Positions 1-9,260 of a stretch of 64,000 nucleotides of DNA are shown here, piece by piece. Origin of the DNA: an uncultured Gammaproteobacteria bacterium (GTDB lineage Bacteria; Patescibacteriota; Microgenomatia; UBA8517); assembly GCA_964610395.1 (NCBI GenBank), contig CAZSXP010000001.1, positions 63,342-127,341 of the forward strand, in the 5' to 3' direction. A program made the translations under genes and the position numbers. The notes beneath the pieces were generated by a model that saw only the letters and a program-made list of their open reading frames with translations, was not told the origin of the DNA and did no database searches. How positions within the stretch are numbered: position 1 is the stretch's first letter; each line of letters opens with the position of its first letter.

Positions 1-145
1 CAAAAGTTATGAAAACTTAGCCAAATTTTTGTCAGATAGGGGCAGAATTCTCTCAAGAGAGAGAAGTGGAATTTGTGCTAAACATCAAAGAAAAATGGCA
101 GTTGAAATACAAAGAGCAAGGTTTTTAGCACTTCTACCTTTCTAA
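1..145 (+). CDS. rpsR: 30S ribosomal protein S18, 3' part (runs off window start)
   Basis: Frame 2 reads ...LAKFLSDRGRILSRERSGICAKHQRKMAVEIQRARFLALLPF*, a typical S18 C-terminus. Confidence 0.95.
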   Translation, partial: KSYENLAKFLSDRGRILSRERSGICAKHQRKMAVEIQRARFLALLPF

Positions 146-146
146 T

Positions 147-1373
147 ATGAAGTTCCCTGCCGTAAGGAAAGTAATTTTATCTTCTGTAGTAATAGGTTTA
201 ATTTTTGTTTCTGGCTATACCTTAGGAACTAATGGTTTTAAATTAGAAACAGCTTCATTTCCAAAAGTAAAAATATCAAGAGAAATTCCAGATGACAAAA
301 GAGATATTGATTTTGCTCTTTTTTGGAGAGTTTGGGATACTCTAAATAGTTCATATTATGACAAATCAAAGATAAGTCCTCAAAAAATGGTATATGGAGC
401 AATTTCTGGGATGGTTGCTTCTCTTAGTGACCCTTACACCGCTTTTCTTCCACCTGAAGAAAATAAAGTGGTTGAAGAAGATCTTTCTGGTTCATTTGAA
501 GGAGTTGGAATTCAAATTGGATTTAAGGGTAAAAACTTAGCTGTAGTTGCACCATTACCCGGATCTCCTGCTGAAAGAGAAGGGGTAAAGGCTGGAGATT
601 TTATAGTTGGAATTAGTGATCCTATTAAAGGAGTTGATATAGGAACATTTGGAATTACACTTTCAGACGCTGTGAAACTAATTAGAGGAAAGGCTGGAAC
701 TAAAGTTACACTTTTGCTTATTCGTGATGAAAAAGATGAACCAATAAAGGTAGAAATTACAAGAGAAAATTTAGATGTGCCCTCAGTAATTATGTCTTTT
801 GTTGAAAATGAAACAATAGCTCATATTAAATTACTTAAATTTGGTGCAGACACAGATTCTGAATGGGCTAAGGCTGTTTCTGAGGTTACAGCGAAAAGCG
901 GACAGCTGACAGGCATAATATTGGATTTACGTAACAATCCAGGTGGTTATTTACAAGGTGCTGTTGATATTGCAGCTGAATTTGTAAAAAAAGATTCAAT
1001 CATAGTAATTGAGGACCGAGGGCAAACAAAGAATAATTTTGCAACAAATAGGATCGGAAAATTTCAAAATATGAAAGTTGTAATTTTGATTAATGGTGGA
1101 AGTGCATCAGCCTCTGAAATATTAGCAGGAGCACTATCAGAAATTAAAGGTTATAGATTAGTAGGGGAAAAGACATTTGGAAAAGGAACAATACAAGAAC
1201 CATTGCAACTTGAAAAAGGATCATCTTTGCATATTACAATTGCAAAATGGTTAACACCAAAAGGAACATGGGTAAATGAAAAAGGAATCGACCCTGATGT
1301 TGTTGTTTCTGACAAAGATGATACAACTGAAGACGAACAACTTCTTGAAGCTATTAAAGAATTAAAAAACTAA
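147..1373 (+). CDS. ctpA: S41 family C-terminal processing peptidase
   Basis: PDZ region, DLRNNPGG, SASASEI and TFGKG motifs; N-terminal TM segment. Confidence 0.93.
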   Translation: MKFPAVRKVILSSVVIGLIFVSGYTLGTNGFKLETASFPKVKISREIPDDKRDIDFALFWRVWDTLNSSYYDKSKISPQKMVYGAISGMVASLSDPYTAFLPPEENKVVEEDLSGSFEGVGIQIGFKGKNLAVVAPLPGSPAEREGVKAGDFIVGISDPIKGVDIGTFGITLSDAVKLIRGKAGTKVTLLLIRDEKDEPIKVEITRENLDVPSVIMSFVENETIAHIKLLKFGADTDSEWAKAVSEVTAKSGQLTGIILDLRNNPGGYLQGAVDIAAEFVKKDSIIVIEDRGQTKNNFATNRIGKFQNMKVVILINGGSASASEILAGALSEIKGYRLVGEKTFGKGTIQEPLQLEKGSSLHITIAKWLTPKGTWVNEKGIDPDVVVSDKDDTTEDEQLLEAIKELKN

Positions 1374-1379
1374 CATGTA

Positions 1380-1418
1380 TGGTACAGAGATTTTTTTATT
1401 TTTATTTTCTCTGTACCA
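1380..1418. terminator. Probable bidirectional intrinsic terminator
   Basis: 11-bp stem TGGTACAGAGA...TCTCTGTACCA between convergent genes. Confidence 0.6.
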
Positions 1419-1437
1419 CACATTTGTGATTGTTTGA

Positions 1438-1551
1438 CTAAAATAGCCCTGCAAAAAAATCAGGGCCATAAGCCAAAAACCACCATAATATAAAAGCTAA
1501 CACAAACATTAACAACATAAAACTTACCCAAGACAATATTTCCTTCTTCAT
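1438..1551 (-). CDS. Small 37-aa single-pass membrane peptide (not in ORF track)
   Basis: MKKEILSWVSFMLLMFVLAFILWWFLAYGPDFFAGLF*, with AAGGAG Shine-Dalgarno upstream. Confidence 0.6.
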   Translation of the reverse strand: MKKEILSWVSFMLLMFVLAFILWWFLAYGPDFFAGLF

Positions 1552-1643
1552 GTTAATGCTCCTTTTTATAGGTCTAATTAAAGGCCTATAATTAAATAAA
1601 TTTGGACATGCAATTATTCCAATTTATATCCTATAATAATACT

Positions 1644-2339
1644 TTATATTATTGTTTTTGTCAAATCTATTACCTTTTCTAAATTTCCACCAAGAATTAC
1701 TTCTAAATTTCCCCATGACTTTTTAAGTCTGTGATCAGTTATTCTGTCTTGTGGGTAATTATAAGTACGTATTTTTTCGCTTCTTTTACCACTTCCAATA
1801 ACAGATCGATATCCTGCAACGGTTTTTAATTTTTCCTCTTCTTGTTTTTCAAATAGTTTTGTTCGAAGTAGTGCAAGAGCTATTATTCTATTTTGTTCCT
1901 GAAACCTCTCTTCTCTTGCTTGAACCACAATTCCTGATGGTACATGCCGTAGTCTGACAGCTGTAGACACTTTGTTTACATTTTGTCCACCATGTCCACC
2001 AGCAGTTGTAAACTGCCACTCAAGGTCCTGTGGGTTAATATGAACTTCGTTCTCGGCAACTTCTGGGAGTACTACTACTGTTGCAGTAGATGTGTGGATT
2101 CGGCCTCTTTTTTCTGTTGCGGGTACCCGCTGAACTCTATGTACTCCTGATTCGTTTTTTAGTTCGTCAAAAACATCTTGGCCTGTTATTTTTAGAGTTA
2201 AATCATCAATTTGTGATTGTTTCCAGTTTTTCTTTGTAGCAAATCTAGAATACATACGAAGAAGGTCTTGTCCCCAGAGTTTGGCTTCGTCGCCTCCTGT
2301 AGCTCCACGAATTTCTATATATGCAATTTGGTTAAGCAT
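1644..2339 (-). CDS. prfA: Peptide chain release factor 1-like protein lacking N-terminal domain 1
   Basis: GVHRVQRVPATE (PxT), GGQ and RTYNYPQDRITDHR motifs; only 231 aa. Confidence 0.85.
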   Translation of the reverse strand: MLNQIAYIEIRGATGGDEAKLWGQDLLRMYSRFATKKNWKQSQIDDLTLKITGQDVFDELKNESGVHRVQRVPATEKRGRIHTSTATVVVLPEVAENEVHINPQDLEWQFTTAGGHGGQNVNKVSTAVRLRHVPSGIVVQAREERFQEQNRIIALALLRTKLFEKQEEEKLKTVAGYRSVIGSGKRSEKIRTYNYPQDRITDHRLKKSWGNLEVILGGNLEKVIDLTKTII

Positions 2340-2661
2340 TTCTTAGTGCGGATAAAGTATCTGGTCTATCCATCTCTTCTTTAATTCTTTTTTCTTGTTT
2401 TATTTTTCTTTTTTCAGATTTTGAAATAACCTTTTTTGAAGCGTGTGACAATTTTTGTTTAAAGCTTTCAACTCTTCCTGCAGCATCTAAATATTTCATT
2501 TGACCTGTATAAAACGGATGACAGACAGAACAAACTTCAACGTTAATCTCAGGAGTTGTTGCACCAACTGTGAATGTGTTACCACAAGCACAACTTACTT
2601 TTGCCGTCTTAAACCATTTTGGGTGAAGCGGTATACCGCTGTTATTTATTGTTGCCTTCAT
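2332..2661 (-). CDS. rpmE: 50S ribosomal protein L31
   Basis: CACG...CSVCHPFYTG zinc motifs. Confidence 0.95.
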   Translation of the reverse strand: MKATINNSGIPLHPKWFKTAKVSCACGNTFTVGATTPEINVEVCSVCHPFYTGQMKYLDAAGRVESFKQKLSHASKKVISKSEKRKIKQEKRIKEEMDRPDTLSALRNA

Positions 2662-2663
2662 AG

Positions 2664-3551
2664 TTATGTATTATATCTTTTTTTCTTGATCTCGGCAATG
2701 GCTACTCCAATTGCAATTATGACTGCTCCAATTATAAACATGGGTGTGATTTTTTCTCCAAGCCATAAAACAGCGATGGGTAATGAAAAAATTGGATATA
2801 AATAAGAAAATAAACTAGCCTCACCTATCTCAATTGATTTTTGTGCTTTCGTATTTAAGTAAAAGGCGAGTGTTCCAGAAATAATGGCCATGTATAAGAC
2901 ACCAATGTGATATGAAATTGGTGTCGAAATAAGAATTAATAATGAAGAATTAAGAGTTGAAGAAAATAAAACATAAGCACCAAAACAGATAAAGCCTATT
3001 ATGAAAGATATATTGGTCATGGTCATTGGATTAACATCTTTTTTAAGTAAATTTTTAGCTAAAAGAGTTGTAATAACGGTCGAAATTACGTAACCTAAAA
3101 CCAAAAGATTACCAGAAAAATTTAAGGGACCAGTTATTGTTAATGCAGTTCCAAAGATTGCAATTCCCATTCCAATTTTTTCCCTTTTAGTAACATGTTC
3201 ATGCAAGAAGTAAACTCCTACAGTTGAAATAATTAAAGGGCTTGCAAGTGTAATTAATCCAGTTTCTAAAACTGTTGTATTTTCCATACCGAAAAATAAA
3301 AGTCCTAAAGATACCACGGAATTTAAAAAACCATATAAAAGTAAAGTTAAAAATACTCCTATATTTTTAGGAATATGCATACCGTAAGTTGCAAAAATAA
3401 TCACTGCAATTATTGTAGAAATCCCAAATCTATACGTAAGGAATATAGTAGGGGAAAATCCTGCTAATGTGTATTTAATTACAGGCGACGCCACTCCCCA
3501 AATAACACCAACCACAATAAGCATTAAATAGGCGCGAATTCTTGGTGTCAT
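2664..3551 (-). CDS. DMT/EamA family transporter
   Basis: About 10 TM segments in two EamA-like halves (IWG...; LGEK). Confidence 0.85.
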   Translation of the reverse strand: MTPRIRAYLMLIVVGVIWGVASPVIKYTLAGFSPTIFLTYRFGISTIIAVIIFATYGMHIPKNIGVFLTLLLYGFLNSVVSLGLLFFGMENTTVLETGLITLASPLIISTVGVYFLHEHVTKREKIGMGIAIFGTALTITGPLNFSGNLLVLGYVISTVITTLLAKNLLKKDVNPMTMTNISFIIGFICFGAYVLFSSTLNSSLLILISTPISYHIGVLYMAIISGTLAFYLNTKAQKSIEIGEASLFSYLYPIFSLPIAVLWLGEKITPMFIIGAVIIAIGVAIAEIKKKRYNT

Positions 3552-4417
3552 ATAAGCTCAATGATACGATCGATTCCAAAAGAAAAACCAACTGCAGGAA
3601 TTTGACGTCCAGCAAACATGCCAATTAAATTATCATATCTTCCGCCACCACCAACTGACAAGTCTTGCGGCATTCCATTTAATTTCATTTCAAAAACGGT
3701 CGAAGTATAATAATCAAGGCCTCTTGCTAAAGTTGGATCAAAAAAGAAATCAACATCTTTTTTTAACTTATAATCGCTTTCTAAAATTTTAAATATTTCC
3801 AATAATCTTGGAGTGGGTGTAGATTTAGCAATAAAGTCTAAAAGACTTTGCGGCATATTTTCTTTGCCAATTTTATACATTTTGTCTATTAATCTTATTT
3901 CATCAATTGAAAGATCTTTAAAATTTTCTCTGTCATTTATAGCAAGGCGTGCCTTGTTGAAGTTCATTGCACGCATACCTTCAATACTTGCTGCAATTAC
4001 TTTTGCGTCGTCGTTTACACTTTCACTTCCAACAATGTCACAATCAAATTGTGTGAATTCTCTCGATCTTCCTTTTTGAGGCTTTTCTCCTCTAAAGACT
4101 TGGCCGATTTGGTATCTTGCAAATGTTGGATTTAATAATCCTAAGTTGTTAGAAACAAATCTTGCCAAGGGAACGGTTAAATCATAACGAAGAGCAAGTT
4201 TTCTTCCACCTCTATCTTCAAAGGTGTAAATTAACTTTTCATCTTCACCATATTTACCAAGTAAAGTTTCTGCAAATTCAATTGTTGGAGTTTCAAGAGG
4301 AGTAAAGTCAAATTTTTCAAGAACAACAGCAATCTTATTAACAAACATCCGGCGTTTTGAAGCCACATCTGGCATCATATCTTGAAAACCTTTAGGTGTT
4401 ACTGGCCCTTTTTGCAT
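3548..4417 (-). CDS. hisS: Histidyl-tRNA synthetase catalytic domain without anticodon-binding domain
   Basis: LRYDLTVPLAR, FRGEKPQKGRSREFTQFD, LARGLDYY and GGGGRYD motifs; ends just after motif 3. Confidence 0.88.
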   Translation of the reverse strand: MQKGPVTPKGFQDMMPDVASKRRMFVNKIAVVLEKFDFTPLETPTIEFAETLLGKYGEDEKLIYTFEDRGGRKLALRYDLTVPLARFVSNNLGLLNPTFARYQIGQVFRGEKPQKGRSREFTQFDCDIVGSESVNDDAKVIAASIEGMRAMNFNKARLAINDRENFKDLSIDEIRLIDKMYKIGKENMPQSLLDFIAKSTPTPRLLEIFKILESDYKLKKDVDFFFDPTLARGLDYYTSTVFEMKLNGMPQDLSVGGGGRYDNLIGMFAGRQIPAVGFSFGIDRIIELI

Positions 4418-4445
4418 ATATAATTATAATATCATATATTGAATC

Positions 4446-5309
4446 TCATTCTACAGGAGTTAAGATACTTCGTAAAGAAAAGACACCATTTTCATTTGTT
4501 CCAACTATATATATTTCTTGTCCAACTTCTAATTCTTTAATATTTGGACCCTTCCATTTCTTTGGTAATTTAATTTCGTTGATATAACTTTTTGATAATT
4601 TAACAATTTCAATTTTTTCTATCTTTACATTGTTTTCAACTAAAGGGTTTGCAATTAATATTCTTTTAGCAAGTAATACTTTGTTTCCATTAACAAATCC
4701 CATTGCTACAATGTAGTCACCAATTGCAATATCTGTAGATTTAACTTCAGCATTCTTTTTCAAGGTGTTAATATAACTTGTTTCCTCTGCAGTTGACATT
4801 TGTGCAATGTCACCTTTAGCTGTTTTTATTTGAATTGTATTAGAAGAAATATCTGTAACTGTACCAACATATGATGTTGTTTTTAATTTTTCATCTGTTT
4901 TAATGTATTTTCCAAATTCAGTTGAATATACAAGTATTATTTTTTCGACTGCATTGTTAACTGGATCATTTATACTAACTTCAGAAATTCCAGCAGGTAA
5001 ATTTACTTCCATTTCAAATGATCCATCATCATTTGATTTGCCAAAAAAGTCTTCATCGGAAGTGGAGATAATAAGATCGGTGCGTGGTTTTGTTAATCCA
5101 GCAATTTTAACTTGTAGACTAGATATAATATCATAGTCATATAGATTACTAATTGTTAATGAAACTTGATTTTTAGGGGGTGTATCTTTTTTAATATCAA
5201 TAACCTCAGCGTTTTTTTGAATTGCTTTAGTAACTCTCCAAGCTCCAAAAGCAACAATAAGACCAATTGATATACCTGCAATTATTGCAAAGATTATTTC
5301 TTTTCTCAT
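4446..5309 (-). CDS. Membrane-anchored hypothetical protein (Ig-like plus OB/DUF5666-like)
   Basis: Long ORF with N-terminal TM; start taken at the second Met. Confidence 0.6.
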   Translation of the reverse strand: MRKEIIFAIIAGISIGLIVAFGAWRVTKAIQKNAEVIDIKKDTPPKNQVSLTISNLYDYDIISSLQVKIAGLTKPRTDLIISTSDEDFFGKSNDDGSFEMEVNLPAGISEVSINDPVNNAVEKIILVYSTEFGKYIKTDEKLKTTSYVGTVTDISSNTIQIKTAKGDIAQMSTAEETSYINTLKKNAEVKSTDIAIGDYIVAMGFVNGNKVLLAKRILIANPLVENNVKIEKIEIVKLSKSYINEIKLPKKWKGPNIKELEVGQEIYIVGTNENGVFSLRSILTPVE

Positions 5310-5379
5310 GCAGTGGCTATTAAACCTCAAAAACTACCATCTTGTCAAGTAAGACTTAAATAGTTAGAATGACAATACT

Positions 5380-5874
5380 ATGGAAATAGTATATAAAGAT
5401 AATCAATTTAAAATCAAAGGTAAGACAGGAATTCTTTATTCCAAAGCAAATGGAGTATTGATAGAGTCACCAGATGGCAATACTTCAAAGGAATTAAAAG
5501 GAGCTGGGGAATATGAAGTAAGTGGAATCTCAGTTATTGGTGTAAAAACTGAAGAGGGGACAATCTTCGTCTATGAAGTTGATGGATTTAGAATTTGTAA
5601 TTTAGATGGTATAACAAAAAAATTAATAGATAGTAAGTTGTCTCAGATTGGAGATGTTGATATCTTATTAGTTCCTGTTACTTCTGAATCAATTGAAATG
5701 ACCCAACAGCTTGAGAGCTATTACATTATTCCCCTCGGATACAAAAATGAAGAAGAACTTGATAAATTCTTAAAAGAAAGTGGATTAGTTGTTGAAAGAT
5801 TAAGTAAGTTTAGTATCAAAAAAGAAGAACTAATAGAGGACTCAACTGCCCAAATAATAGTACTAAATACTTAA
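5380..5874 (+). CDS. Degenerate MBL-fold-like protein
   Basis: GAGEYEVSG and GDVDILLVPV segments resemble lactamase_B_3 proteins; metal motif not evident. Confidence 0.55.
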   Translation: MEIVYKDNQFKIKGKTGILYSKANGVLIESPDGNTSKELKGAGEYEVSGISVIGVKTEEGTIFVYEVDGFRICNLDGITKKLIDSKLSQIGDVDILLVPVTSESIEMTQQLESYYIIPLGYKNEEELDKFLKESGLVVERLSKFSIKKEELIEDSTAQIIVLNT

Positions 5875-5875
5875 A

Positions 5876-7198
5876 ATGGCAGATACAAATCAGGTTAGAG
5901 TACCACCACATTCGGTAGAAGCAGAGGAAAGTGTCCTTGGAGCTCTTTTGTTGGATAAAGATGCAGTAATAGCAGTTGCTGAATTTTTATCTCCAGAGGA
6001 TTTCTATGATGAACGCCACAAAGAAATTTATGAAGCAATATTATCTCTTTATGAAGAAAGAACTCCAGTTGATGTATTAACCGTCGCTACGCGCCTAAAA
6101 AAAACAAAAGCGTTAAAAAGAGTAGGTGGTGCGTCATACCTCACAGATATTGCAAATAAAGTCCCAACAGCAGCCCATGTTGAGCATTATGGGAAAATAG
6201 TTAAAGATCAATCAGTTAAAAGATCTTTAATGAAAGCTGCAACAAGATTAGTTGAATTTTCACTTGACGAAGGAATGTCATCAGCTGATTTATTAGATAA
6301 AGCTGAGTCAGAGGTTTTTTCACTTTCACAAAAGAATGTCAAAAAAGAATTTACTTCAGTTAGGGATACCTTAGCAGAAAGTTTTGACAGGCTTGATGAA
6401 CTTCATAAACAAGGAGAGGGTCTAAGAGGAATTGCCACAGGTTTTATTGATCTTGACAGTGCTACCGCAGGATTACAAAAGAGTAATTTAATAATACTTG
6501 CAGGAAGACCTGGTACAGGTAAATCAGCACTTGCAATGAATATTGCTCAATATGCTTCGGTTAAAAACAAAAAGAATGTTGGATATTTCTCACTTGAGAT
6601 GAGTAAGGAGGAATTAGTTGATAGACTTCTTGTTGATGTTGCTGACATAGACGCATGGAGACTTAAAACTGGAAAACTTGATGAAAATGATTTTACAAAA
6701 CTTAGCAAGGCGATGGGGATCTTGGCAGAAGCTTCGCTTTATATTGATGACACACCTGCACTATCAATTTTAGAAATGAGAACAAAAGCAAGAAGACTTC
6801 AAATTGAACATGGATTAGATTTATTAGTTGTTGATTATTTACAACTAGCAAGAAGTAGAAACCTAGAAAATAGAGTACAAGAAGTGGGAGAAATATCACA
6901 AGGCCTTAAAAATCTTGCTAGAGAACTGAAAGTTCCAGTTTTAGCACTTTCTCAGTTGTCAAGAGGTGTAGAGTCAAGAACTATCAAGAGACCTCAACTT
7001 TCTGACCTTCGTGAATCTGGGAGCATCGAACAGGATAGTGACGTTGTTATGTTTATTTGGCGCGAAGAAGATGATAATGTGGAAAATGTAATGCTTGATA
7101 TTGCAAAACATAGAAATGGACCACTTGCCTCTGTTCCATTATTCTTCAAAGGGGATAGAATTAAATTCTTCTCAAGAGACTCAAAACACAAAAAATAA
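5876..7198 (+). CDS. dnaB: Replicative DNA helicase
   Basis: PPHSVEAE, GRPGTGKS, VDYLQL, LSQLSR and DLRESGSIEQD motifs. Confidence 0.98.
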   Translation: MADTNQVRVPPHSVEAEESVLGALLLDKDAVIAVAEFLSPEDFYDERHKEIYEAILSLYEERTPVDVLTVATRLKKTKALKRVGGASYLTDIANKVPTAAHVEHYGKIVKDQSVKRSLMKAATRLVEFSLDEGMSSADLLDKAESEVFSLSQKNVKKEFTSVRDTLAESFDRLDELHKQGEGLRGIATGFIDLDSATAGLQKSNLIILAGRPGTGKSALAMNIAQYASVKNKKNVGYFSLEMSKEELVDRLLVDVADIDAWRLKTGKLDENDFTKLSKAMGILAEASLYIDDTPALSILEMRTKARRLQIEHGLDLLVVDYLQLARSRNLENRVQEVGEISQGLKNLARELKVPVLALSQLSRGVESRTIKRPQLSDLRESGSIEQDSDVVMFIWREEDDNVENVMLDIAKHRNGPLASVPLFFKGDRIKFFSRDSKHKK

Positions 7199-7204
7199 TT
7201 TTTG

Positions 7205-7288
7205 TGCCGGAGAGAAGATTCGGACTTCCATGACTTTTTAGGTCACACGATTTTGAGTCGTGCGTGTATACCATTCCACCACTCCGGC
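7205..7288 (-). tRNA. tRNA-Leu(CAA)
   Basis: Acceptor stem GCCGGAG/CTCCGGC, anticodon loop CTCAAAA, long variable arm; T-loop reads TCCGAAT; CCA not encoded. Confidence 0.92.
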
Positions 7289-7331
7289 AATTCTAGTATT
7301 ATACTATTTTTTAAGTTACAATAGCCACAGT

Positions 7332-7904
7332 ATGGCAAATGTTAATGCAACAGAATTAAGAAGTGGGACATCCTTTTTGTATGAAGGTAAACCATTTAAA
7401 GTTACAAAATATCAACTAATTAAAATGGGTAGGGGTGGTGCAACTGTACGTGTAAATTGTGTAAATCTTGAGACGTTTGCCAATGTCGAACATGCTTTTT
7501 CAAGTAATCTTTCTTTTGATTTAATTACTTTAAACAAAAAGAAATTTCAGTATCTATACAAAGATGCTAAAGTTGCCTATTTTATGAATACTGATACTTA
7601 TGAACAAATTGAAGTTCCACTAGCAATTTTAGGAAGCGATGTAAATTATATTAAAGAGGGAGGGGAATGCGATATCTTGTTTTGGGGAGAACGTGCCATG
7701 TCTGTTGATTTGCCTCCGAAGATAACATTAAAAGTAGTTGAATGTGACCCTGGTGTTAAAGGAAATACTGCTAGTAACTATTTAAAATCTGCCACAATGG
7801 AAAATGGACTAACTGTTAAAGTTCCACTTTTTATTAAAGTAGGAGAAATGATAAGAGTAGATACAAGATCAGGTGATTATGTAGAGCGCGCCAAGAATGA
7901 CTAA
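7332..7904 (+). CDS. efp: Elongation factor P
   Basis: KMGRGGA loop, PGVKGNT, VPLFI and VDTRSGDY motifs; start moved to ATG 7332 because the longer ORF overlaps the tRNA. Confidence 0.95.
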   Translation: MANVNATELRSGTSFLYEGKPFKVTKYQLIKMGRGGATVRVNCVNLETFANVEHAFSSNLSFDLITLNKKKFQYLYKDAKVAYFMNTDTYEQIEVPLAILGSDVNYIKEGGECDILFWGERAMSVDLPPKITLKVVECDPGVKGNTASNYLKSATMENGLTVKVPLFIKVGEMIRVDTRSGDYVERAKND

Positions 7905-8306
7905 TATTTGTGTTAAAAGTCCCCAATAAATGTTTGCATCGGATTGAATTGATTTTTGAAAACTAATCCATTTTTTGACAAATTCATTTTTCCACCCAAG
8001 CAAAAAATATGGACCCTCAACAATATCGGGTAAAATAGATGCAAAGGAAGCCAGAAGTATGTTTATATTGCCTTTTGATACAAAAGCAGTTAATACTGCT
8101 GCACAGGCTAGGTCTAATCCGATAATTAATAAAGTTTTGTTTGTTAAATATCCATATTTTTTTGTTTCAGTATTTAGATGGGGATTCCAATGAGGGGTCA
8201 TGTCAAGAACAAAATGACTAGCAAAAGCTAGTGGAATTGAGATAAGAGGATTGGGGACTGCAACGGCAATTGCAATACCTAAGGCTACGTGTGGAGTTTC
8301 TAACAT
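7869..8306 (-). CDS. Membrane protein, possibly a metal-dependent hydrolase
   Basis: PH...SHFVLD...PH...LPD pattern with TM helices. Confidence 0.55.
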   Translation of the reverse strand: MLETPHVALGIAIAVAVPNPLISIPLAFASHFVLDMTPHWNPHLNTETKKYGYLTNKTLLIIGLDLACAAVLTAFVSKGNINILLASFASILPDIVEGPYFLLGWKNEFVKKWISFQKSIQSDANIYWGLLTQILVILGALYIIT

Positions 8307-8329
8307 TAGATTATGATATTATATAGCTT

Positions 8330-8899
8330 ATGCTAATTGCAAATCTACTGGGCATTTTTGTATTCCTCTTTTCTTTATGGAAGAGATTAAAAGATGATTA
8401 TCATTATGAAAAAGTATTTAATTTAGCTGTATTTATTTTAATTGGATTATCACTTGGTTTTTTTACTAGTTTAAAAATTTTTAATAGTTATTGGTTTTGG
8501 TTAGAAATAATAGGTATTGCCTTAGGTTTTGCAATTGCTATAAAAAGTCAAAAAATTAAATTTATCGAATCATTTGAAGGATTAGTCATTGGTCTTTTAC
8601 CTTGGTTGGGATTTTATCATTTAGCAAATGCTATTTTAACTCATAATTTAATTTCATTTTTATATTTTTGGTTGACTGCAGTTTCTGTCTTTTTATTTTT
8701 CTTTTTGGATGCACAATACAAAAAATTTACATGGTATAAGTCAGGTAGAGTAGGGTTTTCAGGTATAGTAACACTTGCTATCTTTTTTGTGTTAAGAGCA
8801 GGGCTTTTTTATGCAAATATATTTGAAGTAGTTTTATCGTTAACTACATCTTTACTGCTTATTATATTGCTGTATAATCTATCAAGAAATAATGACTAA
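8330..8899 (+). CDS. Integral membrane protein (Lgt-like)
   Basis: About 6 TM segments, WYKSGRVGFSG motif. Confidence 0.5.
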   Translation: MLIANLLGIFVFLFSLWKRLKDDYHYEKVFNLAVFILIGLSLGFFTSLKIFNSYWFWLEIIGIALGFAIAIKSQKIKFIESFEGLVIGLLPWLGFYHLANAILTHNLISFLYFWLTAVSVFLFFFLDAQYKKFTWYKSGRVGFSGIVTLAIFFVLRAGLFYANIFEVVLSLTTSLLLIILLYNLSRNND

Positions 8900-9260
8900 A
8901 ATTTTATTCCCAAAAGACCTTCTTAAACCTGTTGGAGATTTCTTAATGTCTAGCTTAAAAGCATTAAAAATTAGTAAAAAAAATATTTCCTCAGAAGATC
9001 CATTTAATGACAAATCAAGAGATTTAAAATATGCTTCTCCTGATACTGAAGCAGAGGAACAATTTGGGCATGCTAGAGTATCTGCAATCAAAGAAGAATT
9101 AAATCAAAAATCAAAACAAATTAAAAAAGCATTAGAAAGAGTTAGAATTGGTAAATATGGTATTTGTGAGGAATGTGGAAAAATGATTAATACAGATAGA
9201 CTTGCAGTTTTCCCCGAAGCTACAAAATGTATTAAATGTGAGAAAAAGAGAGAGAAATGA
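8892..9260 (+). CDS. TraR/DksA C4-type zinc finger protein
   Basis: YGICEECG...RL..P.A..CIKC. Confidence 0.9.
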   Translation: MTKILFPKDLLKPVGDFLMSSLKALKISKKNISSEDPFNDKSRDLKYASPDTEAEEQFGHARVSAIKEELNQKSKQIKKALERVRIGKYGICEECGKMINTDRLAVFPEATKCIKCEKKREK

